This document shows positions 17,460 to 29,500 of a stretch of 64,000 nt of DNA, piece by piece (the first letter of the stretch is position 1; every line of letters starts with the position of its first letter). Origin of the DNA: a virus; the IMG/VR virus record IMGVR_UViG_3300030107_004732, positions 21,246 through 85,245 of that record; one strand, given 5' to 3'. The notes below the pieces were generated by a model. That model was not told the origin of the DNA and made no database searches. It saw nothing but the letters and a program-made list of their open reading frames with translations. The position numbers and the translations under genes were made by a program.

Positions 17460-17724
17460 GACGAATGATATTGAATCCCAAGTTATGGGAATGAGTGGTG
17501 AGGATATTGTATTATCCCCAGCAGCTAAAAGAGCTATAAAATACAGTTTTGAATGTAAAAATCAAGAAAGATTAAACTTGTGGAAATCTTTAGAACAAGC
17601 AGAATCTAACTGTGATAATAGACATCCTGTACTAGTATTCAAAAGAAATAGAACAAAAACATATGTAGCTATAGAGTTTGATCACTTTATAGAATTAATC
17701 GATGAAAAACAAAAGGAGATTTAA
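17371..17724 (+). CDS. PD-(D/E)xK nuclease / Holliday junction resolvase-like
   Basis: SAKNKGRKLQ, GEDI, FECKNQE motifs. Confidence 0.8.
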   Translation: MKARSAKNKGRKLQNMVRDRLRSVFSETLETNDIESQVMGMSGEDIVLSPAAKRAIKYSFECKNQERLNLWKSLEQAESNCDNRHPVLVFKRNRTKTYVAIEFDHFIELIDEKQKEI

Positions 17725-17888
17725 TGGAATTAAATCACATAGATAAAACAAATTTAGAATGGATTGAACAATATTTAGAAAACACATCTTATTCTGAAAT
17801 ACCTGAATCATTTATCAATCAAGTTGACCAATGGTTTGAAACTGTTAGTTACATTAAAAGTTTAGTAGAATTAAAAAAACAAAGCTAG
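17724..17888 (+). CDS. Last early-arm gene, hypothetical (54 aa; not in ORF track)
   Basis: AGGAG RBS; ends 3 bp before the convergent stop at 17892. Confidence 0.55.
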   Translation: MELNHIDKTNLEWIEQYLENTSYSEIPESFINQVDQWFETVSYIKSLVELKKQS

Positions 17889-17891
17889 TGA

Positions 17892-20579
17892 CTAAAAGTC
17901 TTGTAGAGAAGAAAGTATTTGCAAGAGTTCCTCTTCTGAGTACTTCTTCTCTGCCTTTGATTTCTTAGTTTCTTTAGGGGTAAAATATGTAGATACAGGT
18001 TCTGGCATATATTTCTGAAGAGGCATTAATAAAGCATCTTTATAACCTGAAAGTTCAGGAGTGCCATATAAACCTAATTCTTGTCCTAATAATGTAGGTA
18101 CACCAGTACCATTTATAGATCTAGGTACAGTTGAGTAAATAAGTCTTCCAATCTGAGTATTTAAAGTTCTTACTATTTCTTCAGTAGAGTCAGTATTGTG
18201 TCTTTCATGGAATTTGATATAACCATTTGAATAAGTTGTCCATTCAGGTCCACCCATTTTCATAAAATTAGTAGCAGTTCCTATTCTTATTATATCACTT
18301 ACAAAAGGACCACCAAATGTTCCAGTAATAGGATCTAATCCAAAAAAGGCTTTCTTTTTAGCTTCTTCATCGCCAGTTAAATATTCTCTTAACCTAATAC
18401 CTCTTTCTAAAGTATCGTTTTGTACTAAATTATTAAAATTAGTATTTGTTAAAGCAGATAACCCTGTTATAAAAGTATATAACATACCCAATCTATATAA
18501 TCTCCAAGCTTCAGGACTGTTCCATTCTTTAGCAAGTATATCATTACCACCTTTTTTAGCTATCTTAGCTTGATAGTTAAAGAAATTAATAGCATAAGTT
18601 GAAAACTGACCTAAAACAGAACCTACAGGGCTTTTTGTTATATTTGGTTTAGCAAACCTATCATATTGATAGTGAAGCTCTTTAACCATTGCTGCTCCAT
18701 AATTAGAAGCTTTTTTTATAATTTGCCTTTCTACTTCAGGAGTAATATCCATTTCTGAATCTTTAGATTTTTTTAAGGTCTTTCTTAATAATTCTTGATT
18801 ACTTTTTAAATCTCTATATTTAGTCATAAATGCAATCTTAAATGTTAAACCCCTATTTATTTTATTTTCAACCCACTGCATAGGTTTACCAGTTATCCTT
18901 GCAGTATTTTCCATCCAATCATTTATTTTACTAGCAGCAGTTGGACCTTTTTCTATAACTCTACCTTCTGGAGTAACTTCTAAATGTGCCATCAAATCTC
19001 TAGGCATAGCAAGTTCTTGTATATTAACAAATTCGAAACCATGTCTTTTCATTTCATTGTCAACAATAGTTTTCATAGATTCTGATTGCAAATCTTTCAT
19101 AGCTGTATATATACCTTTATGACCAAAATATACCCAATTTTGTAAAGACTGGGTAGCATTTCTGGCAGCAGATCTTATATTTAATCCTAATTTAGACATA
19201 AATTGAAATGATGTAATAGCTTGAGAAAAATGAGCAAGTTTACTATCTCTAAATTTTGTGCCTAAAACAGCCTCATGTGTATCACCTATATAGCCTGCTA
19301 AGAACTGTAAATGTTGATCATAATCTTTTCCTTCTAATCTTCCCAACTCTTTTAAAGCATTAGTAGTTTCTTTTGTAACTCTTGCATTATAATTAAATCT
19401 TATAACATTATTTGAAAATGTATCAAGAAGACCTATAACATCTTTATTTTGAAAGTCAAACCTTCCAGATTTCTTTTCAAACGATAAACTAGGCATATTT
19501 AAATTGTCAGCTATATTTTTTATCATAGTACCCATATATCCGCTAACATCTTTATAATTTGTATTTACTTTACCAGAAAACATATCTTGACTAAATTTAG
19601 CAAATGTAGGAGCTATATCTAATACTTGTGTTGGAAAATAATCTTTAGGTTTTTTAGGAGGGGGAATTTCTTTACCATTTTTCTTTGTATAACGAAAATA
19701 ATCATTATATAAATTTTCTAATCTTTTTACCTCAAAACCTACACCATTAAACTCATTTTTATGAGATTCTAAAACTTTTATATAATCTAATATACCATTA
19801 CCTAATACTTTCCATAGTCTATCTTTTAATGGTGCTATATTTTGAGCAGGTTTACCATTATGCCAAAGATTAACAGCTTCTACTACTTCAGGTCCATATT
19901 TTAATTTTGCTGCATCTAAATCCTGTTTTTTAAACTTACTAGGATCTAGCATCAAATCATATAAAGCATTATTAATAGCCATTTGAGATTCAGGATCTAC
20001 ATTTTCAAGCCACTTTTTAGCATAAGCGTCAGCCTCTTCAACTTTGCCATCTTTCATTAACTTTTCATGAGTAATTTGGTGTTTTTTTAACTCTTCTTGA
20101 ACTTTATTTCTACCATAACCATACTTTCTCATAAACCCTGTATCACCCATAGCTCTGTTTAAAGAGTTTTTTATAATAGCTAAATCACTACCTATAGTTT
20201 GTAAATTACCATGATAGTAATTACTAGCTTGAACTAAATTATTAAAGTATTTCTTAGTAATGGGGTTTTTAGATAAAACATTTTCAGGAAGATTAAACAG
20301 TTTACCTAAAGTTGTAGGCTTTTTTTCTAATCCATTTAAAAACTTTGTTACATGCTTATCTAACTTATTTAACTCTTTAGCGTTTGGAAGTCTACTAAAC
20401 TCAAAATCTAAATTAGGAAGTATTTCGTTAAATACTCTTTCAAATTCATTAGATCTACCACCAGTCATAGCTTTTATAATTTTATTATCCATCCATTTAT
20501 CAACAATACCATTTAATCTATTAGCTCTATCTTGTTCACTAGCTTTGACATTTAAAGGATTTAAACATTTAACAGCCAT
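17892..20579 (-). CDS. Large internal virion/ejection protein
   Basis: ~895 aa helical protein at the end of the virion arm; start MAVKC after GGAGG. Confidence 0.6.
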   Translation of the reverse strand: MAVKCLNPLNVKASEQDRANRLNGIVDKWMDNKIIKAMTGGRSNEFERVFNEILPNLDFEFSRLPNAKELNKLDKHVTKFLNGLEKKPTTLGKLFNLPENVLSKNPITKKYFNNLVQASNYYHGNLQTIGSDLAIIKNSLNRAMGDTGFMRKYGYGRNKVQEELKKHQITHEKLMKDGKVEEADAYAKKWLENVDPESQMAINNALYDLMLDPSKFKKQDLDAAKLKYGPEVVEAVNLWHNGKPAQNIAPLKDRLWKVLGNGILDYIKVLESHKNEFNGVGFEVKRLENLYNDYFRYTKKNGKEIPPPKKPKDYFPTQVLDIAPTFAKFSQDMFSGKVNTNYKDVSGYMGTMIKNIADNLNMPSLSFEKKSGRFDFQNKDVIGLLDTFSNNVIRFNYNARVTKETTNALKELGRLEGKDYDQHLQFLAGYIGDTHEAVLGTKFRDSKLAHFSQAITSFQFMSKLGLNIRSAARNATQSLQNWVYFGHKGIYTAMKDLQSESMKTIVDNEMKRHGFEFVNIQELAMPRDLMAHLEVTPEGRVIEKGPTAASKINDWMENTARITGKPMQWVENKINRGLTFKIAFMTKYRDLKSNQELLRKTLKKSKDSEMDITPEVERQIIKKASNYGAAMVKELHYQYDRFAKPNITKSPVGSVLGQFSTYAINFFNYQAKIAKKGGNDILAKEWNSPEAWRLYRLGMLYTFITGLSALTNTNFNNLVQNDTLERGIRLREYLTGDEEAKKKAFFGLDPITGTFGGPFVSDIIRIGTATNFMKMGGPEWTTYSNGYIKFHERHNTDSTEEIVRTLNTQIGRLIYSTVPRSINGTGVPTLLGQELGLYGTPELSGYKDALLMPLQKYMPEPVSTYFTPKETKKSKAEKKYSEEELLQILSSLQDF

Positions 20580-23500
20580 CGACTCTTCCTCCAACTTTAC
20601 TATTTGTTATATTTTTTAATCTTTCAGCTCCGCCTGCAGGTGGATCTACAGGTAAATTTTCATATGGTGCTCTTTGAGGAACTTTTCTTGGTCCTCCATA
20701 AGTTAAATTTTGTTTAGAAGCATCACCAAGCATAATTTGATAACCATTTTCTACTGCTTTTAAATAGCTTTGACCACCATTAATAGCTCCATATTTAGTA
20801 GCACCAACAAACTCAGGTATATAACCAACAGGCATATAGTGTAAGAAACTAGCTTTAGCCATTTCAGAAGCAAAACTTGGTAATAAAGGTTGAGAAGACA
20901 TATAATAAGCTACATTTTTATTAGCATTTTCAAATCCAAATAAAGAAGAAACTCCAGGATTTATATGTCTTTGTTGAAAACTAGGCGACCAACTTTCAAA
21001 ACTAAACTGAGCAATATCATCAACTAAAGGAAACCCTCTAAATATATCATGTTTTGCATTTGCAGCATTTGTCATAGTATTATGAACTATTGTACCTCTT
21101 TCACCAGGTAATCCATAAACTGCTCTTAATGAGTTGTTTACATGCCCTGAAAGATGTGTAAATATCATGTCTTTTTGAAATTCTGTAATTAATTTAGAAT
21201 CAGCGCTAGATATAAAGTTTAACCCTAATCTAATCATAGATAAGCTTTCTTTCTTAAAAGAAGGAGTTAAACGATCATGTAAATATGTAAATTTAAAAGG
21301 CTCTACTTCTGGAGACATAAGTTTCCATAATAATAGCTGCCCATATCCACCCTCAGATTGATATTTAGTATATAATCTTTCTAATCTATCCATAATAACA
21401 GTATTAGAACGAGTATTATCCATATACCATTCTTGCCCATTAAAGTTCTTTTTCCAAGTTTCTCTATAAAACTTTTTAAAATCTTTTACATCTTTCTCAA
21501 ATTGCTTAGAAAGTTCTTTATTTGTAATATTTTCATTTATAAATATTTTGTTATATCTATCAAAAGCATTAAACCATATAAGTCTTTCTATTTGATCTAC
21601 AGAACTAACACCTTCAACACGAACAACGTTATTTTTTGAAATGTATTTATTTAAAGCATTATCGTTTCTTTTAGCCCAAGAACTTACTGTTGCATAATCA
21701 AAAGAGTCAGGTAAAGGACCTTCAGCCCAACCTTTAGGAGCTTTTCTGTCTTTAATCATATCATCAATCAGTTTTCTTTTTGAAGCTTCTCTTATACCTT
21801 TAGCCCAAGGAACAGATTGTCCAGAACCTGATAAAACCATTTGCTTTTCTATTTCTCTTTTTTGATTTTTAAGTTGAAAAATATCCTCAGTTAAATACTC
21901 TATATATTGTTTATCACCTTTACCATAAGCATTAAATCTAGCTTTTTGTTGACTTCTTATTCTATAGTCTAAATAGTTAACGTAATTAAGATATTTGTTA
22001 TTTTGATTTAATTCTTTCATAAACTCTGAAGCTACTGTACTAAAATCTTCAGAATACATACCTTTTTCACTAAACTTTTTAAATTCAGTAAGCATTTCCC
22101 CGCCAATTCTACCAGGGTTTTGAAGTCTCATATTATCATGATAACTAACAACAGACATAGCTCTTTCAAATGGAAGTTGATTATCCATCCACTGAGTTGT
22201 TGCTTTGTTATCTCTAGCAAAATTTGGCCTTATAGAATTGCCATAATTACCAAATATATTAACAATATTATTTTGGTTATCTCTGAACATTCTATTTACT
22301 TCACCCTTATCTTGCTTACTTAGGCCCTTTGTTTTCATTGCTTTCCAATATGCATACTGAGAAAGATTAGCCATTTGATTATCAAAAGTAGTAGTTTGGG
22401 TTATTATATCATCATAACTTATTTTTTCTCTTTTACCACTAGAAAATTTACCAGTTGCTAATCCTAATAAATGTTGATAAGGAGCTATAACTGCTTTAAT
22501 AACTGCTTTTTCTGCATTAGTAAATGTATGACCTGTATCTTCTGGTAACCATTTATTTTTAAATTTACCAGAATCATTATAAATTGCTTTACTAAATATA
22601 CCGCTATAACCATGCTCACTATCTCCAAACAAAACTCTATCAAACCACATATCATTGTATTTTTCAGCATTATAACCTTGTCTAGAATCAGTAATGTTTT
22701 GTATATCTGTAGCTAATTTATCTATAGTCTTTTCAATTTTAACAGGATCAACATATAACTTTCCACCACCATCAGCATTCCTTAATCTCATAGCGAAACC
22801 AGCAAAATCTGATTTTGTTTCTGGATTAAAAACACCACCAGAATTATAATGTTTTAAAGCATTTAATATCCTAGGAGTTTTAACTATTACCCCTCTTAAT
22901 CTTTGAGCAGCATAATCACTAGCATAAAACTTATTCATAGAAGAAGCGTCTAAGAATGACAGATTTTTAGGTAGACTTGTTTTTTGGTTTACTCCATCAG
23001 GATTAACTCTTATAACTCTACCAGATAAAGCATTCCATTCTCTTACAACTTCAGTAGGAGCATTCCACCAAAAATCTAATTTATCAACATCAAAATCACC
23101 TTCATGTCTCATAGCAAAATCATAAGCATTTAATTTGACTTGATTACCGTAATCTTCAGTAAGTATTTTTTTAACACCTATAGCACTTACATCACCTGGT
23201 CTTGTATGTGGGTTTCTTCTAAAGTTTGCCATAACTTGATAATTTTTATTACCTTCTATCTTTTTTACAACATCAGATAATTTGTCGCCTTTAACAATAG
23301 ATTCATTACCTGTTTCTTTTATAAATTGCTTTAAATCTATAAGATCATCTTGACCTTTTGGATTTCTTTTTATAAAATGTAAATTTCCTAAATCAACTTC
23401 TTTTTGTCCAGCTCTATATGGTAGTTCAGCTTCACCATAAGTATTTACTTCTCTACTTCCATTATCCATTTCTCTAAAAGTAGTATAAAGTAATTTTTCA

Positions 23501-26500
23501 CCTGGACTAACAACTGATTGACCACCTAATTCAGTTTTCATACTTAGTATACCAGGTTTATCAATAAGATTAGATTTTAATTGATTTCTAAATTGATTAG
23601 CAAATGTTGATATTTGAGGTAATCCATTATTTTTAATCCATCTATTATAAGAAGAAGCATTATCTTGGACTTTCATATTTTCCATTAAATACTTACTATA
23701 AGCCAATCCATCAACTAAATTGTTAGAATCAAACTTTTTGTCAGACTCTTTAATTAAATTCTCTAAACTTCCCCTTAAAAGCCAATTAAACGCCTTATTT
23801 GATGCAGATCCACTTAAATGGTTTAATGCAGAATGAGATATTGTGGCGCTGTGGTCAGCGTTTACTATAGAGCCAATAGAAATATCTTCACCTTTAAGCA
23901 ACTCTAAATGAGCTTCTCTAAAATCTTTTATTTTTTTACTACTACCTTTTAAATTAAGGTTGATTAAATCATCAAAAGTTTCCCAATCTTCAAATATTTT
24001 TTCTCTATTTTTTATTTTTGTTGCGCTTTCAAACATTACAGCATCAAGACCATTCTTTTTTAACATAGGATTTAATCTAGGGTCTGCTATAAATGCTGTT
24101 TTACCTATAATAACATTATTTCCAACTCTATGTACAATAGGTTTTATTCCGCCTAAACCAGGAGTATTTGCTGCTCCTGCTAAAGCGTAAAGACCTTGCA
24201 TAGCTTCTGTACTAACCGCCATATAAGAATCATATTTACTTACTTCTCCGCCACCTGCCCAAGTTCTTCCACCTTCACCAAATTCATTAACAATTTTACT
24301 ATCATATTTAAGTTCTGAATCAATTTGCTCTTTTAATTCTTGAAGTATATTAGCGCTTCTACCTTTTTTTAATTCTCCATTTTTAAACATTTCGTCAGCA
24401 ACAACAATAATTTCTAGCCCACCATTCTTTTTGATTCTTTCTAAACCTTTCATCATTTCAGGGTTTTGTTTTTTACTTATATTGTGGTTGTTATAAAACT
24501 CAAATGTTTCTTTTATATAATCAGTAGACATTTCTTTCATAGCAGTATTAGCTAAAAGTCTTAATCTACCAGCATATTTAGCCGTGGCTTCTGCTCCCTC
24601 TGTTTTCATATGTTCCCAAAAATTCTTACCCATATTTTTGTCCATAAACATAAATGTAAACATAGTTTGTAATCTTTCAGACTGAATTGTAGCATCAGGT
24701 AAATCCCATTCATATTCAAATTTACCAGTTCCCTCATTTTTTTCATTTAAGATTTCTTTTTTAGATTTAGTAGACGATTTTAATAGCCCCTCTAAAGATT
24801 CAAAAACACTATTAGGTACATCAGGATTATCTTTTTTCCATTTTTCTAACTTTTTCTCAAACTTTTCAAGAATCTTAGGAATATTTTCTCTTTTAACACC
24901 TATTCCCCAAGAAAGATCAGCAAGTCTAATCATAATATGACCGCCTGTATTTTCATGAGCGAGAACACCCCATTCATCTGTTCTAAGATTTTTGTCTATA
25001 CTAGTTTTAGATAAGGCAACACGATTAATGATTTCGTTCATCATATTAGCATTATCACGAGCATTTATAAGTTTGTTATTTTTTCCCGCAACAACCATAT
25101 CAACTATAGAGAAAGAATCTTTTCCAAAAATATCTATTATTTCTCTAAATACATGGTTATCCATAACTGTATGTCTAAAATCAGTATGGACACCGTATCC
25201 TTCTGATACAGATAATCTATGAACATTTATTTGGCTTCTTGAACCTAAAATTAATTGTTGAACATCATTCATCAACTCAAATTGTTGGTTGCTATCCATA
25301 TCTTCAAACTTTAATTCTTTATTATTTTTATCATAAAGTATAGCATCATTTATAAGCTGTTCTCTAGTAGTGTTTTTTGTAAACTCATAATCTTTTTCCA
25401 AGCCATATTTTTGTTTAAATGCATCTCTTGTCACAGATTGATACATGTCAATATCAGAAGCTTTACCCATAGCGCTTCTATAATAATTTACTTGAGATTC
25501 TAAATTAGCAATTTCTACGCCTTGTGCTATATCAAATTTTGCCTTATCATAAATTTCTTGCATATCTTTTTTAAGATTTTTATTCAAAGGATCAAGAGCC
25601 AATTCATCTTTAACTATATCATAATAACCTTTTTTTCTTAAAGCTTCTATAATTTCATTAGAATTAACTGATTTATTTCCATACATCTGATATATATAGT
25701 GTATCATTTCTCTTGTTTCTGAGTCAAATTTAGAATTGTTTTTTATAGCCCCTAATTGCTTTAAGAAATTATCATGAAGCATATTATTCATATCTTTTCT
25801 GACAGCTGTTAATTGACTTATCATTTCATGCAATTGAGAAGGTGTAACAGAAGCTACAGTAGATGTAGTTTTTATAAAACCTGTCTGTTTCCCATCTTTC
25901 ATTTGAACTAAATAGGGACTAATTAAATCTTTGTAATTTCTAAATAACTCAGCAGCTAAAAATTGTTTTTCAATACCCAATTCAACAGATAGTTGTTCAA
26001 ATAGTTTATCCATAGTTGGCTCTTTATCAAAGATAGTATCTATTACTACTCTCCAGCCCTTACCCATTTTATTTTTACTATTTAAATCTAATTTTTTTAA
26101 GTCTATATTATTTACTTTAGATGACATTTGATTTATAACGCCAATTAATTCAACCATATCCATATTAGGAGTTAACATTTTAAAATCCAAAAGCTTAGAT
26201 AAAACTTTTCTATCAGTAGAGTTTAATATACTTCCATCTCTTTTTGTTGCTCCTTTAAAGAATTGATCCATAGCTCTTTCTTGATAAATAGCTTTGAACA
26301 TATTAGATTCTGTCATATCTCCAGTGCTAAACATAGTTTCCATACCATTGTTTCTAAACACTCTTCTTAACTCTTTAATATCTCTTATTTGTTCTTGAGT
26401 AAATTTAACTTTAGAACCTGTATTATCTAATATTCTTTGTTCATAATTAGGATCTGTTCTTAATATAGATAATAAACTATTTACAAATCTTGCTTCTGCC

Positions 26501-29500
26501 CCTGATAAACCTTTTGTGCTAAATTCAGAAATTAAAACACTATCATTGCCTATAAATATTTTACCAATTAAATCTTTAGCAACAATACCATCATGCTTAC
26601 CAGAAAAATCTCCCCATAAAGGACTTTCTAAATCAGTCATTTTGTTATGAATCTGCCTTACTCCTCTATAGAAATTCTGATGAATAATTAAATCCATCAA
26701 ATACCCTTCTTCCATTAAACCATAAGCTCTTCCAACTTCAGGGCCTTGTCTAGTACCATTAATTAATTCATCTATTTTAGTATCAAAAGATTCAACTTTT
26801 TCTTTTAATCCTTCAAAATCTTTGTTTTTAACTTGTAAAGGTTTAGGGTGTCTTTCATTATATTTTAATTGCCTTCCATTTAAAGTCTTTACAATTCTGT
26901 TGTATTTGTCTAATATTATTCTATTAGAATCAGTAAGAGGCTCACCAGCCTGTATTTTGATTGGTAAAAAATCAGGTAACAATTGTTTTCCTGAAGCAGT
27001 TTTTCCAGGCTCTTGAAGCATTCTATCGTAATTACCACCTAAGTGATTGTAAATTTCACTAGCAGCTAAAACGTGATGATTTACAACATCTTTCATAGCT
27101 GAATCAGCAGCATCAAATATTATATCATCTAAATGATTAGGGTTTCTTATTCCGCCTGTTGCCGCTTTAAAATTTGTTTCTGCTAATTTCGCTTCTAAAG
27201 CTTTTACTTCTTTTACGGTAAGTTCTGTTGCTCCACGCATTCTTTCACCGCTTCCAGACAAATAGCCATCAAATATCTGTTGAACTGAATCATACAAAGG
27301 ATGTTCACCTTCTGCAGGACCCTTTTTGTTAGTTTTAATAGCAGAGCCATCGTCTTTTACTACCAAACCTTGATCTCTTAATATTTTAACAAGACCTTGA
27401 ACATCTTCATTCATTTCTAAGTTTCTTAAATGCTTTCTTTCTAAGATTCCAGCATTATATAAAGCTTGAGCATTATATATTTTAGGATTAACGCCTAATA
27501 AATCTAAATAAGTATTAGCATCTATAAAGTCTTTACCTACATCTTTATGTCTTTCAGCAAAAAACGTTGAAACTTTTCCATCTTTAGAAACATAATCAAC
27601 TCTTTTCCCTTGTTTTGTCATAAATGCACCTAACATAAAATTAAAAACTTTATCTTCTAATGGTACATTGTCATCAAAAACCACCTCATAATTAAACACC
27701 ATTGATCCTGCTAACATTCTTGGTGTTGAGCCAATTAAGTCAGAAGTAGCTTCTTTAAAAAATTCATTCTTCCACCTAGCGCCCCAATTCTTTTCTAGGT
27801 TACTTAAAGCTGATTTTATCTTTTCAGCACCAGCTTTTGTTTGCCCTAATACTTTAATATCATCTAATGTTGTAAAAGTATCATCGCTCCATTTACTTTT
27901 ATTTCCTACCTTTTTAAATAAAGATCTAGCCATAGTAACTAATTGATCTCTTTGTTTTTGAGTATCCGTTAAATAAGTAGAATAAGGTTGATGTTTTTTA
28001 GAAGCATTTTGCCAACCCTTAAGTATAGACCTTCCTATTTTAAAATCTTGCCCATCTGGCATCTTTAAACCACCAGGAATCATCTTTGCTGCACCTAATG
28101 CATTACCTAATAAGAAAGCATGTTTCCATCTTCCTGTAAAATCAAACTCTCTTTCTTGGTCTAGCGCCTGAAAAAATTCCATAGGTGTTTCTACCATAGC
28201 AAACAATAAACCTTCTTCAATAGTATGTGAAGCTATAGTAGCTATTCTTCCAGCTCCTGGAGTTCCACCTAAAGCAATTGCAATTCTTTGCTGTAAATTA
28301 GTAATAGGTTGAACAGATTTATTGCTTAAACCTAACGCTTTATCTACAATATTTTTAATTTGAGCTATATTTTGATCAGTATCTCTTAAGCCGTATTTTT
28401 TTAATTGCTCTCTTATAACTCTGTTACTATTTTCATTCCAGCCTTTTATAAATAAGTCTTTACCTTTTTTACTAGCAATACTTTGAGCAATTGCTGTCAT
28501 ACCTTGTGAAGATGATACTCCTTCTCCATACAAGAAGTCCATAAATTTGTTCTGTTCTTTTAAAGGTAAATTTTGAAACTTTTTATAACCTTGTGCTTTT
28601 ACGCCTGCTTGTTTTCCTAAAAATTCTGCACCTTCTTGAGCAACTTTTTTAGCAACAGCATTAGCTCCATACTTACTTAATCCTTTTATTCCTGCAGTAA
28701 CTGCTGCTTTAGTGCCTCCAAAAGGTACTAAAAATCCAGCAAAACCACCAAGTCCAGCACCTACTCTACCTGCAAATGTTTCTGGCATATACTCACCAGG
28801 TTTGTCGCCATATTCTTTACCAAACACAGCTTCATCTACATCTAAATAATCTAATAATCCAAAGGTTGATAAGTCAGCAGCGTTCCAAAGAAAATTACCT
28901 ACAAAATCAGCAGCAGAACTTCTAGGTTCTGTATATCCAGCTGGTTTATATCTAGAAGCAATATCAGAAATAGCACTTAAACTAGACTGTAAATCTGAAG
29001 TAGGGGCAACTTGAGGCATATTATTTGTGTAATCGCTAATAGCTCTAGAAATATCTCCACCATAATTTCTTACAACTTGTGGATCTGAACTTCCAGAATA
29101 TTCTTGAGCAAACGCTTCGCCAAATCCATTATCATTAGGTCTTAATCCAGTTTTTTTAACAACATTATTGATTACTTGATTAGTTATGAATATTGAAGCT
29201 TTTTCACCTTGTTCAAAAGTATCATATTTAGCTGTCCAATATTGACCAGATCCACCCTCTCTATTAGGCCCAACAAAAGATTCTCCCTTTTTTGCTCCAA
29301 AATTTTCTTCAAGCTCTGGAGTCCAAATATGTCCACCTGGGTTATTATGAGATTGAGAACGTGTGCTGTCTTTATATTCCCATTTTTGTATAACATTAAA
29401 AATCTCTCCACCTAAATCACTTTGCATTATAGGTTGAGTATATCGTTTATCTTCTTGCACAGACATATAATCTAGTATCTGCTGATCAGACCAGTTTATA

